64,000 nucleotides of DNA, taken from positions 5,146,001-5,210,000 of the forward strand of contig NC_042997.1 of the NCBI RefSeq assembly GCF_006345805.1, given 5' to 3'. The notes beneath the pieces were generated by a model that saw nothing but the letters and a program-made list of their open reading frames with translations, had not been told where the DNA came from and did not search any database. A program made the position numbers and the translations under genes. The stretch comes from Octopus sinensis. Taxonomy: Eukaryota. This document shows positions 28,394-41,767 of this stretch, one piece after another (position 1 is the first letter of the stretch; every line of letters begins with the position of its first letter).

Positions 28394-29765
28394 GTGTTTA
28401 ATAAAATACCCAAAGCGGAAAGACACCCACCATGAGACACATACAGACTCATACACTTACACACATACTCTCACAGACATATACAAAATGTGGTGTTGTT
28501 GTGGTATAAAATATTCTGTTGACAATAGAAAGATTATCTCTATGAAATGTTATATTGTTTAAATGGAGATTAAAATATTGGAAATGAAACTAAAATTTCG
28601 TATTGACACTGATCAGCACTTACAAACAGATAGTGTGTATGGTAACATACCTAAAGCAGAAAGACACACACTTTGGGACATATGCACAGCCATACACAGA
28701 TATATACAGATACAGTAACAAACATCAGAAGAATTGACGTGATTGTGTGTATGTGTGTGTGTGTATGTGTGAGGGAAAGAGAGAGAGCGAGTGAAGTGTT
28801 GTGCTGTCATGTATAATACATACCTCAATAACAAGACATAATATTTCTTGTATGCATGTGTGTGTGAGAGAGAGATTACCACTTAGACCTAAGTCGCTCT
28901 CTCGCATACAAAAAAGATGTATGCATATGTATTTATATATGTACGTATACATGACAACACACCCCTTCACCCACTCACACAGGCATATAAATATATACAA
29001 GCGCACATGCAAAAACATACGTGTGCGGGTTTGACTGACTACAAATACATAGAGATGAACACGGCGTGAAAACAAAAGAAAATTGTTCCATGGAGATTAA
29101 CGAAGCGTGCGACTTCAAGCAAAATAATGCCTATAATCTTTGGACGACCCATGTCGAATTGCAAAATTTTAACGTGATATTAGTGTAATAAAGAAATCAA
29201 ATCTGGAGTATGTGTCTGTGTGTGTGTGAGAGAGAGAGAAGTAGAGAGGTAGAGAGGGAGAGAGACAAAACTTTGCAAACAATGAATGAGATAGACATAG
29301 GATGAAAAAGTCCTATAAATAAATGCACGTTAAAAACAATCATTTACCGAATATTTAAAATTTTGTAAATATTTCTTTCAGTAATGTATCGTAGTTCTTT
29401 ACAAATAGCGAATGAAAACTCGAAACGAAGACATAAACGTTAGACAGTGATAGACTTCGCCTTTTTTACGTCAATACTGGAAGTTGATATTGACAAACCA
29501 TTTAAAGAAGTGAATCATCAATATAAAACAATATTGTTTATTTAAAACAAAAAACTAAATGAAAAGTCGATTATTTGTCGGAGGTGGAATTATTCATCAT
29601 CACAAGTATTAAAGCAACTGGTGAAGACGATTTCGAGCAAAAAGTGAATACACACGCATCACTATGTTATATGTTTTTATATGAAAATACAAAATAGGAC
29701 AAGAAAGCAAAACATCCAGATATACAATACAAAGAAAACAAGGACGGGTCATTCGGAGTTATCTT

Positions 29766-29837
29766 TCCTCAGTCGAATTCCAGATTATCATGCAATTTCG
29801 GCTGGTTATACGCGAGATTTGTCCAATCTGTTCAACC
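29766..29837 (-). ncRNA. Rearranged hammerhead-like motif B, unit 3 (decayed)
   Basis: Copy of 33020-33091 with extra mismatches. Confidence 0.4.
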
Positions 29838-29932
29838 TCAAAATAAAGTAATCTAAGAGCATTGTTTCTACATCTATATCTGAATATATATACACATATA
29901 TATATATATATTATATATATATATATTCATAG

Positions 29933-29977
<45 letters not shown>

Positions 29978-29990
29978 CATAAAAATATAT

Positions 29991-30024
<34 letters not shown>

Positions 30025-30248
30025 ATATAAATTAATAAATAAATAAAACATATGCATATATAAAAACATATATGTACGTACCTACCTCTACATGTATATA
30101 TACATGCATATATGGGTACAGGACATCAAAAACAAACCTCGAACAAAATGAGAAACGAAACATAAACACAAAACCAAGGAAATGGACATTTTTGTTAAAC
30201 AACAAAAAAAATAGACTACAGGACATACAAAACAAGTTAAATTCCCCT

Positions 30249-30325
30249 TCTTCAGTCGCCTTTGTTTCATCTACTCCACGTTTCGAAGGCCAAGGCGATA
30301 CATGACTTTAATGAAACTTTCCTTC
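30249..30325 (-). ncRNA. Candidate non-circularly permuted hammerhead ribozyme, motif A (intact copy)
   Basis: GAAGG aaa GTTTCAT taaagt CATG-TA-TCGCCTT gg CCTTC-GAAA-CGTG gagtag ATGAAAC a AAGGCGA-CTGAAGA. Confidence 0.65.
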
Positions 30326-30818
30326 CCGCGAAAATCAAATTCAATAAAATTTGAGATTTTTTGGCGGAGGGGTAAAAATGGTAACAAAAACAGTACAGTA
30401 ACGACAGTACAACATATGAACAGTAAAACACAGGTCGCAGAGGATTACAGTAACACAAACAAGAAGAGCTGTTAAGCCGAACGAGATAGAATTTTTTACG
30501 AACGCTATTTTTTGAGAACGGCGAGGGAGCAACAGATTGGCCGTCTCGACTTAAAGGTAGCCAGGAGAAGAAAGACAGTAGTAGCTTTCTCATCACGTGT
30601 CCGCGACGGGAGGGAGGAGAAGAAGTAAGAGAAAGGGAGAGAAACAGGAATGGTTGTAGAGAAAAGAATGAAGAATGAGAGAGAGAGGGAGAGACAGTAA
30701 GGTAGAAGGAAAGAAAAGCCAAAAGAATGAAGGCTGAGAAAGGGAGGAAGAGCGAAAGGTTAAGCGTGCACCACATTATCAATATTAAGAACACTCTTAC
30801 TTAGAAATGGATGCGTGC

Positions 30819-30890
<72 letters not shown>

Positions 30891-33019
30891 GCTAGCTAGC
30901 TTCTAGATAGATAGATAGGAAGTTAGAGAGATAGAGATAGAGATATATAGATATGGGTATTGATAACAAGCAGAGATAACAGGCGTTGCTCGGGATTAAA
31001 ATGGCATAGGTTGTATTTATATATATATATATATATTGCAGTTATTTTGAAACAGGTGATACTGGAAAGTGTAGCATTGGGGACAAAATATTTGTGGAGT
31101 AAATATTCGACTAAGAGTCATAAAATACGTACGTGTGGAGGATTCCATGCCCTAAACTATCTTGGAAAAAATTTTGTGTTGTGGGGTTATATAAGTTTTC
31201 AACCCACGGAAAAGCTTCTCAGTGGATATACTCGTATTCGAGGCGGTAAGCACTGCGTCTAACACGTCCCATCGCATGGTTAAAAGTCAAATGAATGGAG
31301 GTGTAATGAAGATATTGTACGTAAATTGGTACATTTCGAAAATGGCTGCAATCGGAGACGGCAACGACGAAGTTAAATGTTGAAATGTTGCAGAGGATGA
31401 TGGGCTGACACTGGATTGGTGATGTGGCTGTAGAATAAGGAACATAAAGTGAGCCTATGTTGTCACGAGAATATGTAGCAATGAATTACGCGAAAAAATA
31501 AGGCGTAGTATGTATATAGTATATCTGTATTTTTATATGCAGTGTAAATTAACGAAATATACGTAAAGAATACATTTACGCATGTCAGTCGTCACATATG
31601 TATATGTATGTGTAGATGTGAGTGTGTGTGTGTGTTGTGTATGTATGTGTGTTTAATAAAATACCCAAAGCGGAAGACACCCACCATGAGACACATACAG
31701 ACTCATACACTTACACACATACTCTCACAGACATATACAAAATGTGGTGTTGTTGTGGTATAAATATTCTGTTGACAATAGAAAGATATCTCTATAAATG
31801 TTATATTGTTTAAATGGAGATTAAAATATTGGAAATGAAACTAAAATTTCGTATTGACACTGATCAGCACTTACAAACAATAGTGTGTATGGTAACATAC
31901 CTAAAGCAGAAAGACACACACTTTGGGACATATGCACAGCCATACACAGATATATACATATACAGTACAAACATCAGAAGAAGTTGACGTGATGTGTGTA
32001 TGTGTGTGTGTGTGTGTGTGAGGAAAGAGAGAGAGCGAGTGAAGTGTTGTGCTGTCATATATAATACGTCCTAAATAACAAGACATAATATTTCTTGTAT
32101 GTATGTGTGTGTGAGAGAGAGATTACCACTTAGACCTAAGTCGCTCTCTCGCATACAAAAAAGATGTATGCATATGTATTTAATATATGTACGTATACAT
32201 GACAACACACACCCCTTCACCCACTCACACAGGCATATAAATATATACAAGCGCACATGCAAAAACATACGTGTGCGGTTTGACTGACTACAAATACATA
32301 GAGATGAACACGGCGTGAAACAAAAGAAAATTGTTCCATGGAGATTAACGAAGCGTGCGACTTCAAGCAAAATGATGCCTATAATCTTTGGACAACCCAT
32401 GTCGAATTGCAAAATTTTAACGTGATATTAGTGTAATAAAGAAATCAAATCTGGAGTATGTGTCTGTGTGTGTGAGAGAGAGAGAGAGAGAAGTAGAGAG
32501 GTAGAGAGGGAGAGAGACAAAACTTTGCAAACAATGAATGAGATAGACATAGGATGAAAAAGTCCTATAAATAAATGCACGTTAAAAACTATCATTTACC
32601 GAATATTTAAAATTGTGTAAATATTTCTTTCAGTAATGTATCGTAGTTCTTTACAAATAGCGAATGAAAACTCGAAACGAAGACATAAACGTTAGACAGT
32701 GATAGACTTCGCCTTTTTTACGTCAATACTGGAAGTTGATATTGACAAACCATTTAAAGAAGTGAATCATCAATATAAAACAATATTGTTTATTTAAAAC
32801 AAAAAACTAAATGAAAAGTCGATTATTTGTCGGAGGTGGAATTATTCATCATCACAAGTATTAAAGCAACTGGTGAAGACGATTTCGAGCAAAAAGTGAA
32901 TACACACGCATCACTATGTTATATGTTTTATATATGAAAAGTACAAAATAGGACAAGAAAGCAAAACATCCAGATATACAATACAAAGAAAACAAGGACG
33001 GGTCATTCGGAGTTATCTT

Positions 33020-33091
33020 TCCTCAGTCGAGTTCCAGATTATCATGCAATTTCGGCTGGTTATACGCGAGATTTGTCCAATCTGGCCAACC
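33020..33091 (-). ncRNA. Candidate non-circularly permuted hammerhead ribozyme, motif B (best copy)
   Basis: GGTTGG CCAGATT gga CAAA-TC-TCGCGT ataa CCAGCC-GAAA-TTGc atgat AATCTGG a ACTCGA-CTGAGGA. Confidence 0.55.
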
Positions 33092-33137
33092 TCAAAATAA
33101 AGTAATCTAAGAGCATTGTTTCTACATCTATATCTGA

Positions 33138-33195
<58 letters not shown>

Positions 33196-33469
33196 TATAT
33201 ATATATAATATATATATAATATATATATAATATGTACATTCATACATACGTACATACATTAAATATGACTTACTTTTTACGACCAATGTTCATATGAGAG
33301 GCCCTGTCAAGGAAATAATAGTGTATTCGGTGTTCTAACACATGATCTACGTTCAGCTGGATATAACGATTGCCTTTTTGATATGGATGCTTAACATGCA
33401 CAAACAATGACCCCCCACACACACACACACACTTATAGATCGGCAGCCACTAAATCTTTACTATTTTCT

Positions 33470-33590
33470 CTCCCTGAGTATCTCGAAACGTAAAAGACTT
33501 TCTCACTTCCCGAGCGTTAAACTAATACATCATTTTGTTGTTTACAAACCCGTCTTCGTCTGTTTTTTTTTTCTGTAAACTCTCACTAAA
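33470..33590 (+). repeat. pLTR-like fragment related to 2820-3000
   Basis: ctcgaaacgtaaaagactttctcacttcccgagcgttaaactaatacatc...cccgtcttcgtct. Confidence 0.5.
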
Positions 33591-33662
33591 TATATATATA
33601 TATATACATACATATATACATATATACATATATTCCTACAAACATACATAATATACACACAA

Positions 33663-33693
<31 letters not shown>

Positions 33694-34291
33694 TATGTAT
33701 ATATATAACTTATAGTGATGATATATTAAAGTGTATGTTGTGTTTGGATAATGAAATTCAGTTATTGCAGTTTTCTATTAATACCGATACAATGTACTTT
33801 GGTTTCTATATCTTTTGTTGTAATTTTAGTAAAGTTAGTGTTTAATCTTTATCGATTGAATTAATGTGGTTAGTAAGCTATATTTTAATATTGCATTACG
33901 GAAGACGATAAGCATTATAATTGTTTGTGACTTAATAGAGTCGCTGTTTAGCTACGTATTTAGGAGGGGTTGTAATTTACTTATAGAATTTGTTTTTGGA
34001 TACGGTTGTATATTGGATAGATGTGTTTGAAAGGTGTGACTTCTTTGGTTTGTTTGTTTCCAAATAATACTTGTTTTAGTGCTGTTGACACCGCTGGATT
34101 GAATGGTACTACTTAGGTTTGGAAAACATAATGATATCTGTGGGGCAGCTGATGATGGAGTTATGTTGGATTGTTGGTATGGCTGAGGAATAGTATTATA
34201 GTACATCGTTTTGATATATATATATATATATATATATATGAAAAAACAAGTCAAAATAGAAAATGCTAAAATAATTTTATAAAGAACATTT

Positions 34292-34329
34292 CAGTAACGG
34301 TTTCGGTCATTTTGAGACCTTTTCAACTG
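34292..34329 (-). ncRNA. Minimal type I hammerhead with U3-A8 core variant in a solo pLTR-like fragment
   Basis: cag-TTGAAAA-ggtc-tcaaaat-gacc-GAAA-ccgt-TA-ctg. Confidence 0.6.
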
Positions 34330-34463
34330 TAACGATTAAATAATTAAATTTAGAAAAATTAGAAGAAAAGTTTTTTTAAAGGAATATTTGTATAGTGTTC
34401 AAATATAAGTGGCATTCTGCCTTTCTCTGTCTCCCTTGTTTGCACATGTGTGTTCGAGGTCGT

Positions 34464-34503
<40 letters not shown>

Positions 34504-34639
34504 GGTGAATATAATGTGTCAAAATTACGAAAAAATATAAATAACATCTCATTTTGACAGATATATTTACCAAAATTGCATAAAAATATCTTGAAATACT
34601 AAAGAGTTAATTCATTCAATAGAATCGCCATTGGCTTCT

Positions 34640-35310
34640 ACCACGGCCACAAGACCACTACAGAATCATCTGCAACTCTTCTGGACTTTTCCTTATTTTA
34701 GTTGGTGAACGCTGCCATAATGCTTGCCTTCAGTCATCCTTGGTGTTACAAGAACCTTTTTTGCTCTCTCGCTTTACTGCGGTGCACACATAATAATCAA
34801 ATGTGTTGCTGTTTGGGGTGAAAGCTGGCCAAATATTATGGATGATGTAGTCGCATAAATTGTCTGACAAGCATAACTGTGTTCTCCTGCATGTGTGGGG
34901 TGCTGCAGAGTCCTGTTGCTAGACATTGGCTCTTCCAGTAGCACTCCCCTTCACTCAGGACAGGACTACAACTTCCAGGCACTTGATGTCGTACTCTATT
35001 TTGAGTCTGAGGCCGTGTGGAAAGATGAATGGAAGCATAACTTCGCCCTCACAAGTGATCATTCCAATCTCCGTGATGTTGACTACATGCTTCATTTTTT
35101 ACCACTCTCGGTACATGTTTTGGGGACACAGCAAACCAACGGTTGTTCTTTATGTTCAACATCCGTTCGTGTTGGAGATTCCAGTGCTAATATCAAGCAG
35201 CATAGCATGTCGTTTCTAAATTTCTGGAAGTGTGAAATGCATTATGGTAGTGGTTTTCTTACAGATGTTGCCCAACTGACCCTACTATACTGTGTAGTCG
35301 CAACGTGAAA
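34640..35310 (-). pseudogene. Degenerate Tc1/mariner-superfamily (maT/IS630-like) transposase C-terminal remnant
   Basis: 'V*QQDSAAPHTCRRTQ...NIWPAFTPNSNTFDYYV', resembling QQD.AP.H and WP..SPD.NP.DY motifs. Confidence 0.65.
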
Positions 35311-35662
35311 AACAAACAAAGCATTCGCGAAAAGGAAAATATAAATGGCCAATTTGTCAGCTTTTCCGATGACATGTGCCCCACCAACCCTCCAGCGACA
35401 TTAGAGTCCATAAACAAGGGCCGATGATAGTACGTAAAGGGCCCATGGAAAAACTTTGCTTTAAAAAAATATTTGATGTCTTAGACAAACAATAAAAATT
35501 TTAAAAGAGCAAATAAAACAAGCAAAGCAGTCGGTCAAAGAATTCCCTAGGGAATTAATAGAAATCAGAATATATAATACAGCAGACAGTTAGTGGTGAT
35601 AAAGTGTAACTAAATTTATTTACATATTAATACCCATATACATATATATACACTCGGATATG

Positions 35663-35699
<37 letters not shown>

Positions 35700-36136
35700 G
35701 AATATATATATATATGTATGTTTATATGTATATATATATACATACATACATATATATACATATATATGCGCATATGCAGACATATACACACACAAACACA
35801 TATATAATATGTGTGTGCGTGTGTGTTTGTCTGTGTGTGTGTGTGTCTGTGTGTACGTGAGCAGGTTGAAGTATTTTTTCAGATAAGTTTGTAGTAAATA
35901 TTCGTGATACGAATACAAATTAAATACCGGTTATTTGCAACAATGTCTAGAGATTTAAATAAGATGACAATGAACATATTTCTCGAGATGTTTTCCAAGA
36001 ATTTTTCTCGGTTCGTGTCCTACACAGAAACTCCTATGTGTGTTGAATTCCAGAAAAAAATATTACCCATAATACATGTTGTGTTAGGACATTTACGCAT
36101 AATTTTTTTAACTTTATATACATACGTACACATATG

Positions 36137-36241
<105 letters not shown>

Positions 36242-36619
36242 ATTCACATTTGTTTATTGATGTTTTAATTTATAGTTTACTATTTATGTACTTCAATGTA
36301 AGATGATGTTTAAGTTAAAATGAACAAAATAGTACTCCGTTCAACGAGAGTTAAATAGCATTTAATGTACACAGTAAGAAGATGAACTACTAATGGCTTC
36401 TTTCTGCGACGACGCGTGTCTAGGTAGGTGTTTTAACACACCTTCTGTCTCCAATTAATCTTCAAGATCTGAATACATGATACGTTATATTTGAAATTCA
36501 GGATGATGATGCATGAGTGTTCACGAGAAGGTTGATGTAAAATGTAGAAGAGTGATGAAAAACGGAAAGAAAAATGAGAAATTGGAGTTAAGCCCCTTCT
36601 CACCGTAAAGTACAGATTT

Positions 36620-36985
36620 AGACTTGTTGTAGAATAATTTAATATCTGGTTATTCTAGAATATGGAAAAATAATCGAGAATGAGATGAAGGATAGATTTA
36701 GACGAGAATATCTTAGGTGAACCAGAGGAATATAGAAAGTATTCTCAAAGGAAAGAACAAGATTAAGGCAAGGAATATATGCGCTGTTTCCTTAATGTGA
36801 TATGCAATAGATATTGTTAGGTGGACAGGAAACGAACTTGAGAAAATGGGCAGAAAAAAGCGGGAAAGAATTATATTGAGAAAGAAACTGCAACCTAAGC
36901 GCGGTGTGTTTAGGCTGAATGTGACAAGAAACAAAGGAGAAAGTAGTCTCGCGGGTTGCAAGATCTGTGTTGACAATGAGAAAAA
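36620..36985 (+). pseudogene. Non-LTR retrotransposon RT thumb-region remnant (R4/Dong-like)
   Basis: 'ILEYGKIIENEMKDRFRREYLR...KGKNKIKARNICAVSLM*YAIDIVRWTGNELEKMGRK...RLNVTRNKGESSL'. Confidence 0.6.
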
Positions 36986-37139
36986 ATTGTGGTATGGTGT
37001 GTCACACAGCTAATCAATGGTGTGTCAAACAGCTAAGTGAAATTCTAGTTACGATGTATGTAAACAAAGTTTGCTTTGAGGGAAATGTTGAGATGTATTC
37101 AGATGTATTATAAACTTAGCTTTTTTATAGATGTTATAC

Positions 37140-37350
37140 GTGAAATTCCCATAATTTATGTCATAAAATGCTCGGGCTGCCACCAAGACTACGTGGGATC
37201 CACGGGACTATCACTCAGACGTAGATGCACACTGCATCGACAACAGATTGCATTCCCAGAATACAGAATGATACCCTTTAGTGAGCACATTGAGAAATGC
37301 GCAAAGCAACTACTACCACAATTATTAATCTTTCCATTTTACCAATGTGA
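37140..37350 (+). pseudogene. Neptune-type PLE GIY-YIG endonuclease fragment
   Basis: 'IIYVIKCSGCHQDYVGSTGLSLRRRCTLHRQQI...IPFSEHIEKC...IFPFY', homologous to 46664-46954. Confidence 0.8.
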
Positions 37351-37476
37351 AAGACAAAAAATTTTAAGTGATTATCTCCCTTACACCGGAAGAAATCACT
37401 TATTACCTCCCCTTATTTGGAACTCTACTCAACATAAACATAAAGATAACTCTACTCAACGTAAACATAACGATGT

Positions 37477-37516
37477 AAGAAATTTGAAAAGCTGAACGCG
37501 AAACCGATCATTTCTT
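37477..37516 (+). ncRNA. Minimal type I hammerhead, U3-A8 core variant, 3' of the EN fragment
   Basis: aagaaat-TTGAAAA-gc-tgaac-gc-GAAA-ccga-TC-atttctt (7-bp stem I). Confidence 0.65.
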
Positions 37517-37617
37517 TTAAACTATGTCATTGTAACAAAAAAATTGATAACATTATGTATACATATATATATGTATACATATATATATATATATATATAA
37601 TATATATATATATACAA

Positions 37618-37688
<71 letters not shown>

Positions 37689-38617
37689 GAGTGTATGAGT
37701 GTTTTTATACGTAAGTATAGGTATGTCTGTGTATGCATATGCTTGTATATATGTCTGTAAGTGTGAATTAGTGGTTCTTCTGTTATATAGTATGATAGGT
37801 GTTTGATGGAAGCTTTGGCTTGTTTCTGCCCTCATTAATTAGTGGATATACAAAAAGAATTTATATATTGAGTTCAAGACTTTACAAATTAAGCTCTGGT
37901 ATCAATTTGATCGACAGTATTTCAATTACTGATATTATTGCAAAACTGAAAATTAAGTATAAAAGGATGTGGATATATCATGTCGTATTTGTATAAACCC
38001 CCTAATACATACCATATTTTATTGCTGAATTTAAATTATATTTACAAGGTAAGATTGAACGGATATATTTTTCTAAAAATTATGATAAATCATGATTAAT
38101 ACATAAAAATAGGAAAAATAATGTAAGCGTTTTATGTAAATTTGAATTGCAATTGCCGGCTATCTCGTAACTTTCTCGTGCCCACAAAAGTCTCATTTAC
38201 GGTATTTTCACATGTTAGAAATTGTGGCAAAATATCTCAGCAATTTACAGCTGAAATAACACTAACGTTGAAATTAAAACGTAATCTGACACAGACTAGA
38301 GAAAATAATAATCCATTTCTGATGCATAACAATACTATACGTAGCCAATGGAAACGTATTCATGGGAAAAAAAACATACCATTATTGAAGTTTAACCATG
38401 TGTCTTAAATCACACCTTGTTGTTTCGCAAAAGAAATATATGACATACAAAGTTTCAAAGTTTGGCAAAAGTCTAGCACTTTTGGGAAATAATTTTAGTG
38501 AATTAATCAACTGGCATTTATTACATCTACCCATAAAGTACGAAATGTGAAGTCGACACCGGTGGAATTTGATCTCAGTAGGGAAGAAATGATGCTAGAT
38601 TATTATTTTTTGTTACT

Positions 38618-38740
38618 ATAGGCGCAGGTGAGGTTGTGTGGTACGAAGCTTACTCCCCAAACACATGATCCCAGGTTCAGTGCCTTTGCGTGGCACCTTG
38701 GGCAAGTTTATTCTACTATAGTCGGTGCTGACCAAAGCCT
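38618..38740 (+). mobile_element. tRNA-derived SINE, 5' half (3' half at ~39360-39590)
   Basis: ggcgcagg...gtgtggta...ggttcagt...gtggcaccttgggcaagt; similar to 39140-39270 on the minus strand. Confidence 0.7.
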
Positions 38741-38744
38741 TTTT

Positions 38745-38961
38745 TTGACTTCCTTCAGTCAATTCACTGTGGCCACGGTGGAGCGTCGCCTTTAGTCGAG
38801 CAAACCGACCTTAGGACTTATTCTTTGTTACCCTGATACTTCGTCTATCAGTCTCTTTTGCCGAACAGCTAATTTGGGACGTAAAAGCACCAACATCGGT
38901 TGCCAAGTGATGGTTGGTTGGGGTACAGACACAAATACACGAATACATCTTCATATATATA

Positions 38962-38998
<37 letters not shown>

Positions 38999-39016
38999 GT
39001 ATGTGTGTATATATAC

Positions 39017-39059
<43 letters not shown>

Positions 39060-39268
39060 TATGTGTGTGTGTATGTGCGTGCGTGCGTGTGTGTGTGTGT
39101 AGGTACACGACGGTTTTCTTTCAATATCCGTCCGCGAAATCCACTCACAAGGCTTTGGTTGGCCCAAGGATATAGTAGAAGACACTTTCCCAAGGTGCCG
39201 CAAGGTGGGACTGAGCCCGGAACTATGTGGTTGGGAAACAAGCTTCTTACTATGCGGCCACTCTTGCG

Positions 39269-39270
<2 letters not shown>
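38745..39270 (-). mobile_element. Full-length SINE of the same family with central (TA)/(TG) tract, nested in the plus-strand copy
   Basis: Head at ~39105-39270 with A/B-box-like motifs; tail at 38745-38930 similar to 39370-39590 inverted. Confidence 0.7.
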
Positions 39271-39331
<61 letters not shown>

Positions 39332-39359
39332 TGGCGTAAGACTGGCATGTATATATCTA

Positions 39360-39590
39360 TGAATGTGTGTGTCTCTCTGTGTCCGTGTTTCTCCCATCAC
39401 AGCTTGACAATTGGTGTTGGTGTGTTCACGTCTCTGTAACTTACCTGTTCTGCAAACGAGATAATAGAATAAGTACCAGCATATAATATATCCTGGGGGC
39501 AACTTGTTCCATTCAAATACAAAAAATAATATTTTCGAGGTGGTACCCGAGCTTGGCCACAGTTAAGTGACTGAAACAGTTAAAATTTAA
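39360..39590 (+). mobile_element. SINE 3' half
   Basis: cttgacaa..ggtgttggtgtgttcacgtc...gaataagtacc...tggccacagt...tgactgaaac. Confidence 0.65.
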
Positions 39591-41193
39591 GAGATAAAAT
39601 TCTTGTACATGACCTTAATTAACTGAATAGTGCATTCTCTAACGATAAATACTCCATTCCATTCGTAAGACTTGCTTATTCTCTTCTCTGTAAGTAGTGT
39701 ATGATACGCCTTTGTATTCAACTTTATTAATATTTAAATTTCATACACGGCTAGCGAAATAAAAAAAGAAAAAATAGCGGACGAGTGGCGCTAATCAATT
39801 TCTTCAACATGGTAACGATTCTGTCTGCTCACAGTCTTAAACTAATTAATAATGATACATTTTTGGATACAGTATTTTAGCAAGAGCTACTTCTCAATTT
39901 TATCTTCCTTGTAAATTAATTTACTTCAATCTATCTCTCTTAAAAATCTAAGTATTTTGAGTTTTCTGTATGAATTTGTTTCTATGATTTCTATACGGAG
40001 TGTTTGCATCCTAGCACTTACTTCCTTTTTATTTTCCTCATAATACCTTTCACTTTACAGTCGCAATATTTATGTATTTTCAAACACTATTTATATGGAT
40101 TTTACATAGTGCTGATGTCTTATCTTTCGATGGCAATTTTAAGTATCCATATTAACACTACGAAGAATATAAAATCTGTGAATCAGAATATATTTTCTGT
40201 TAACGGAAATTTTTCCTGCCTCTGCATCAGATTAGCTTAATTCTAGCATGGATTTAGTTAAAGACTTTTCTATATTCCCTATGATCCTGATTATTTAAAT
40301 GCATCTCATAACATAAATCATGACACAACATACACATCTATAAGCCACGCATGAATTATAAGTCGGTTAATGTAATTCGTGAATATTCATCAGCCGGTAT
40401 TTCATTGCAAAAATATCGTCACTTCCTTTGCCATAATCAACCATCCGAATTTAATATATGCAGCCAATTTATATATTTGTTTATTATATTAGTTAATATT
40501 TAATCGGCGTTATTTCCCGCGTTATTAGGAAATACGTTATCGATCTACGTTATTGAATAGTGTAACTATGTTTAGAACAGTCAATTAGAGAAACTTTCGA
40601 CATCCGTTTTCGCAATATCCCATTTCATATAGGATATAATTTAATTTAGGTAATTTCTACCGAAAGAGAGATTCTTAATCAATATACTTTCAATTCATCA
40701 ATACCAATTTCTGATGTCTGTATTGTGTTGTGATATGAATGTTGACTTGCTCTATCATCTAAATTGTAGCAGCAATTATTAGCTTGTTTATCTTTATTGT
40801 AATGTAAGTACATTTCTGATATTAAACATTCATCTATTTACTATTTTCTCAATTACACTTTCCAAGAATATTTATGAAATTGATCCTTATTTATAGATTA
40901 ATAATTATGGCTAATATTCATAGGATTTCTGATAATATTCTGTATCTACACCAGCATTTTTTGTTGGTGTCGGTCCTTTTCACAATTTTATTTCATCTAG
41001 CATTTCGCCCCAAACAACCATGGAACTTTAGGAATATCTCCTTGCATTTGAGCCATAATTCATTATACTTCAATGAAAACGTACCAAATCTCATCAAACA
41101 TCATTTTCCTATAACCTCTTCTGTCCTTCTAAGACGTTTGAAATAAATTTTCATTTTTTGTTGTTTTGTTGAGATATCAAATTTATATATATA

Positions 41194-41400
41194 CTAGCAG
41201 TATCACCCGGCGTTGCTCGGGTTTGTTTCAACACTTTAGAATTAGAATTTTTGAAAAATAAAAGTTTTGCATTATGTAGCTTATTTTCTTTAAGTGAATA
41301 CTTTTCGGGTAGAAATACACCGAAAATTGGCGACACAACAGTCAAAAACATCGTTAAAAATAAGGATTTTCTTAGAAAAAAAGCACCTATATTATTTTTT
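41194..41400 (-). mobile_element. Helitron 3' end fragment
   Basis: actagcagtatcacccggcgttgctcgggtttg, matching 2361-2393; right boundary uncertain. Confidence 0.65.
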
Positions 41401-41695
41401 CTTTTCTAGTCACAACTTAACAGTTATAGTCATGCGACACTGTCACAAAACCTCCTCCGATTGGTGGCATTTGCTGCTGCTGCTGCCCTCATTTGCGTTT
41501 CTAGACGTAAGTTAGGTTCTTCCAGAACTCTTGACCGGAGGGAATCTAGTTTTGCTTTTGAAGGCGCCTATTTCAACCCCATGTAGGTCTCACAGGCTTT
41601 GTGGAATGCTATGGAGAGGCTATCTGTCCCTGTACATATGTATGCCTGTCAGTATATATATATATATATATTATATATATAATTATATATATACT

Positions 41696-41763
<68 letters not shown>

Positions 41764-41767
<4 letters not shown>

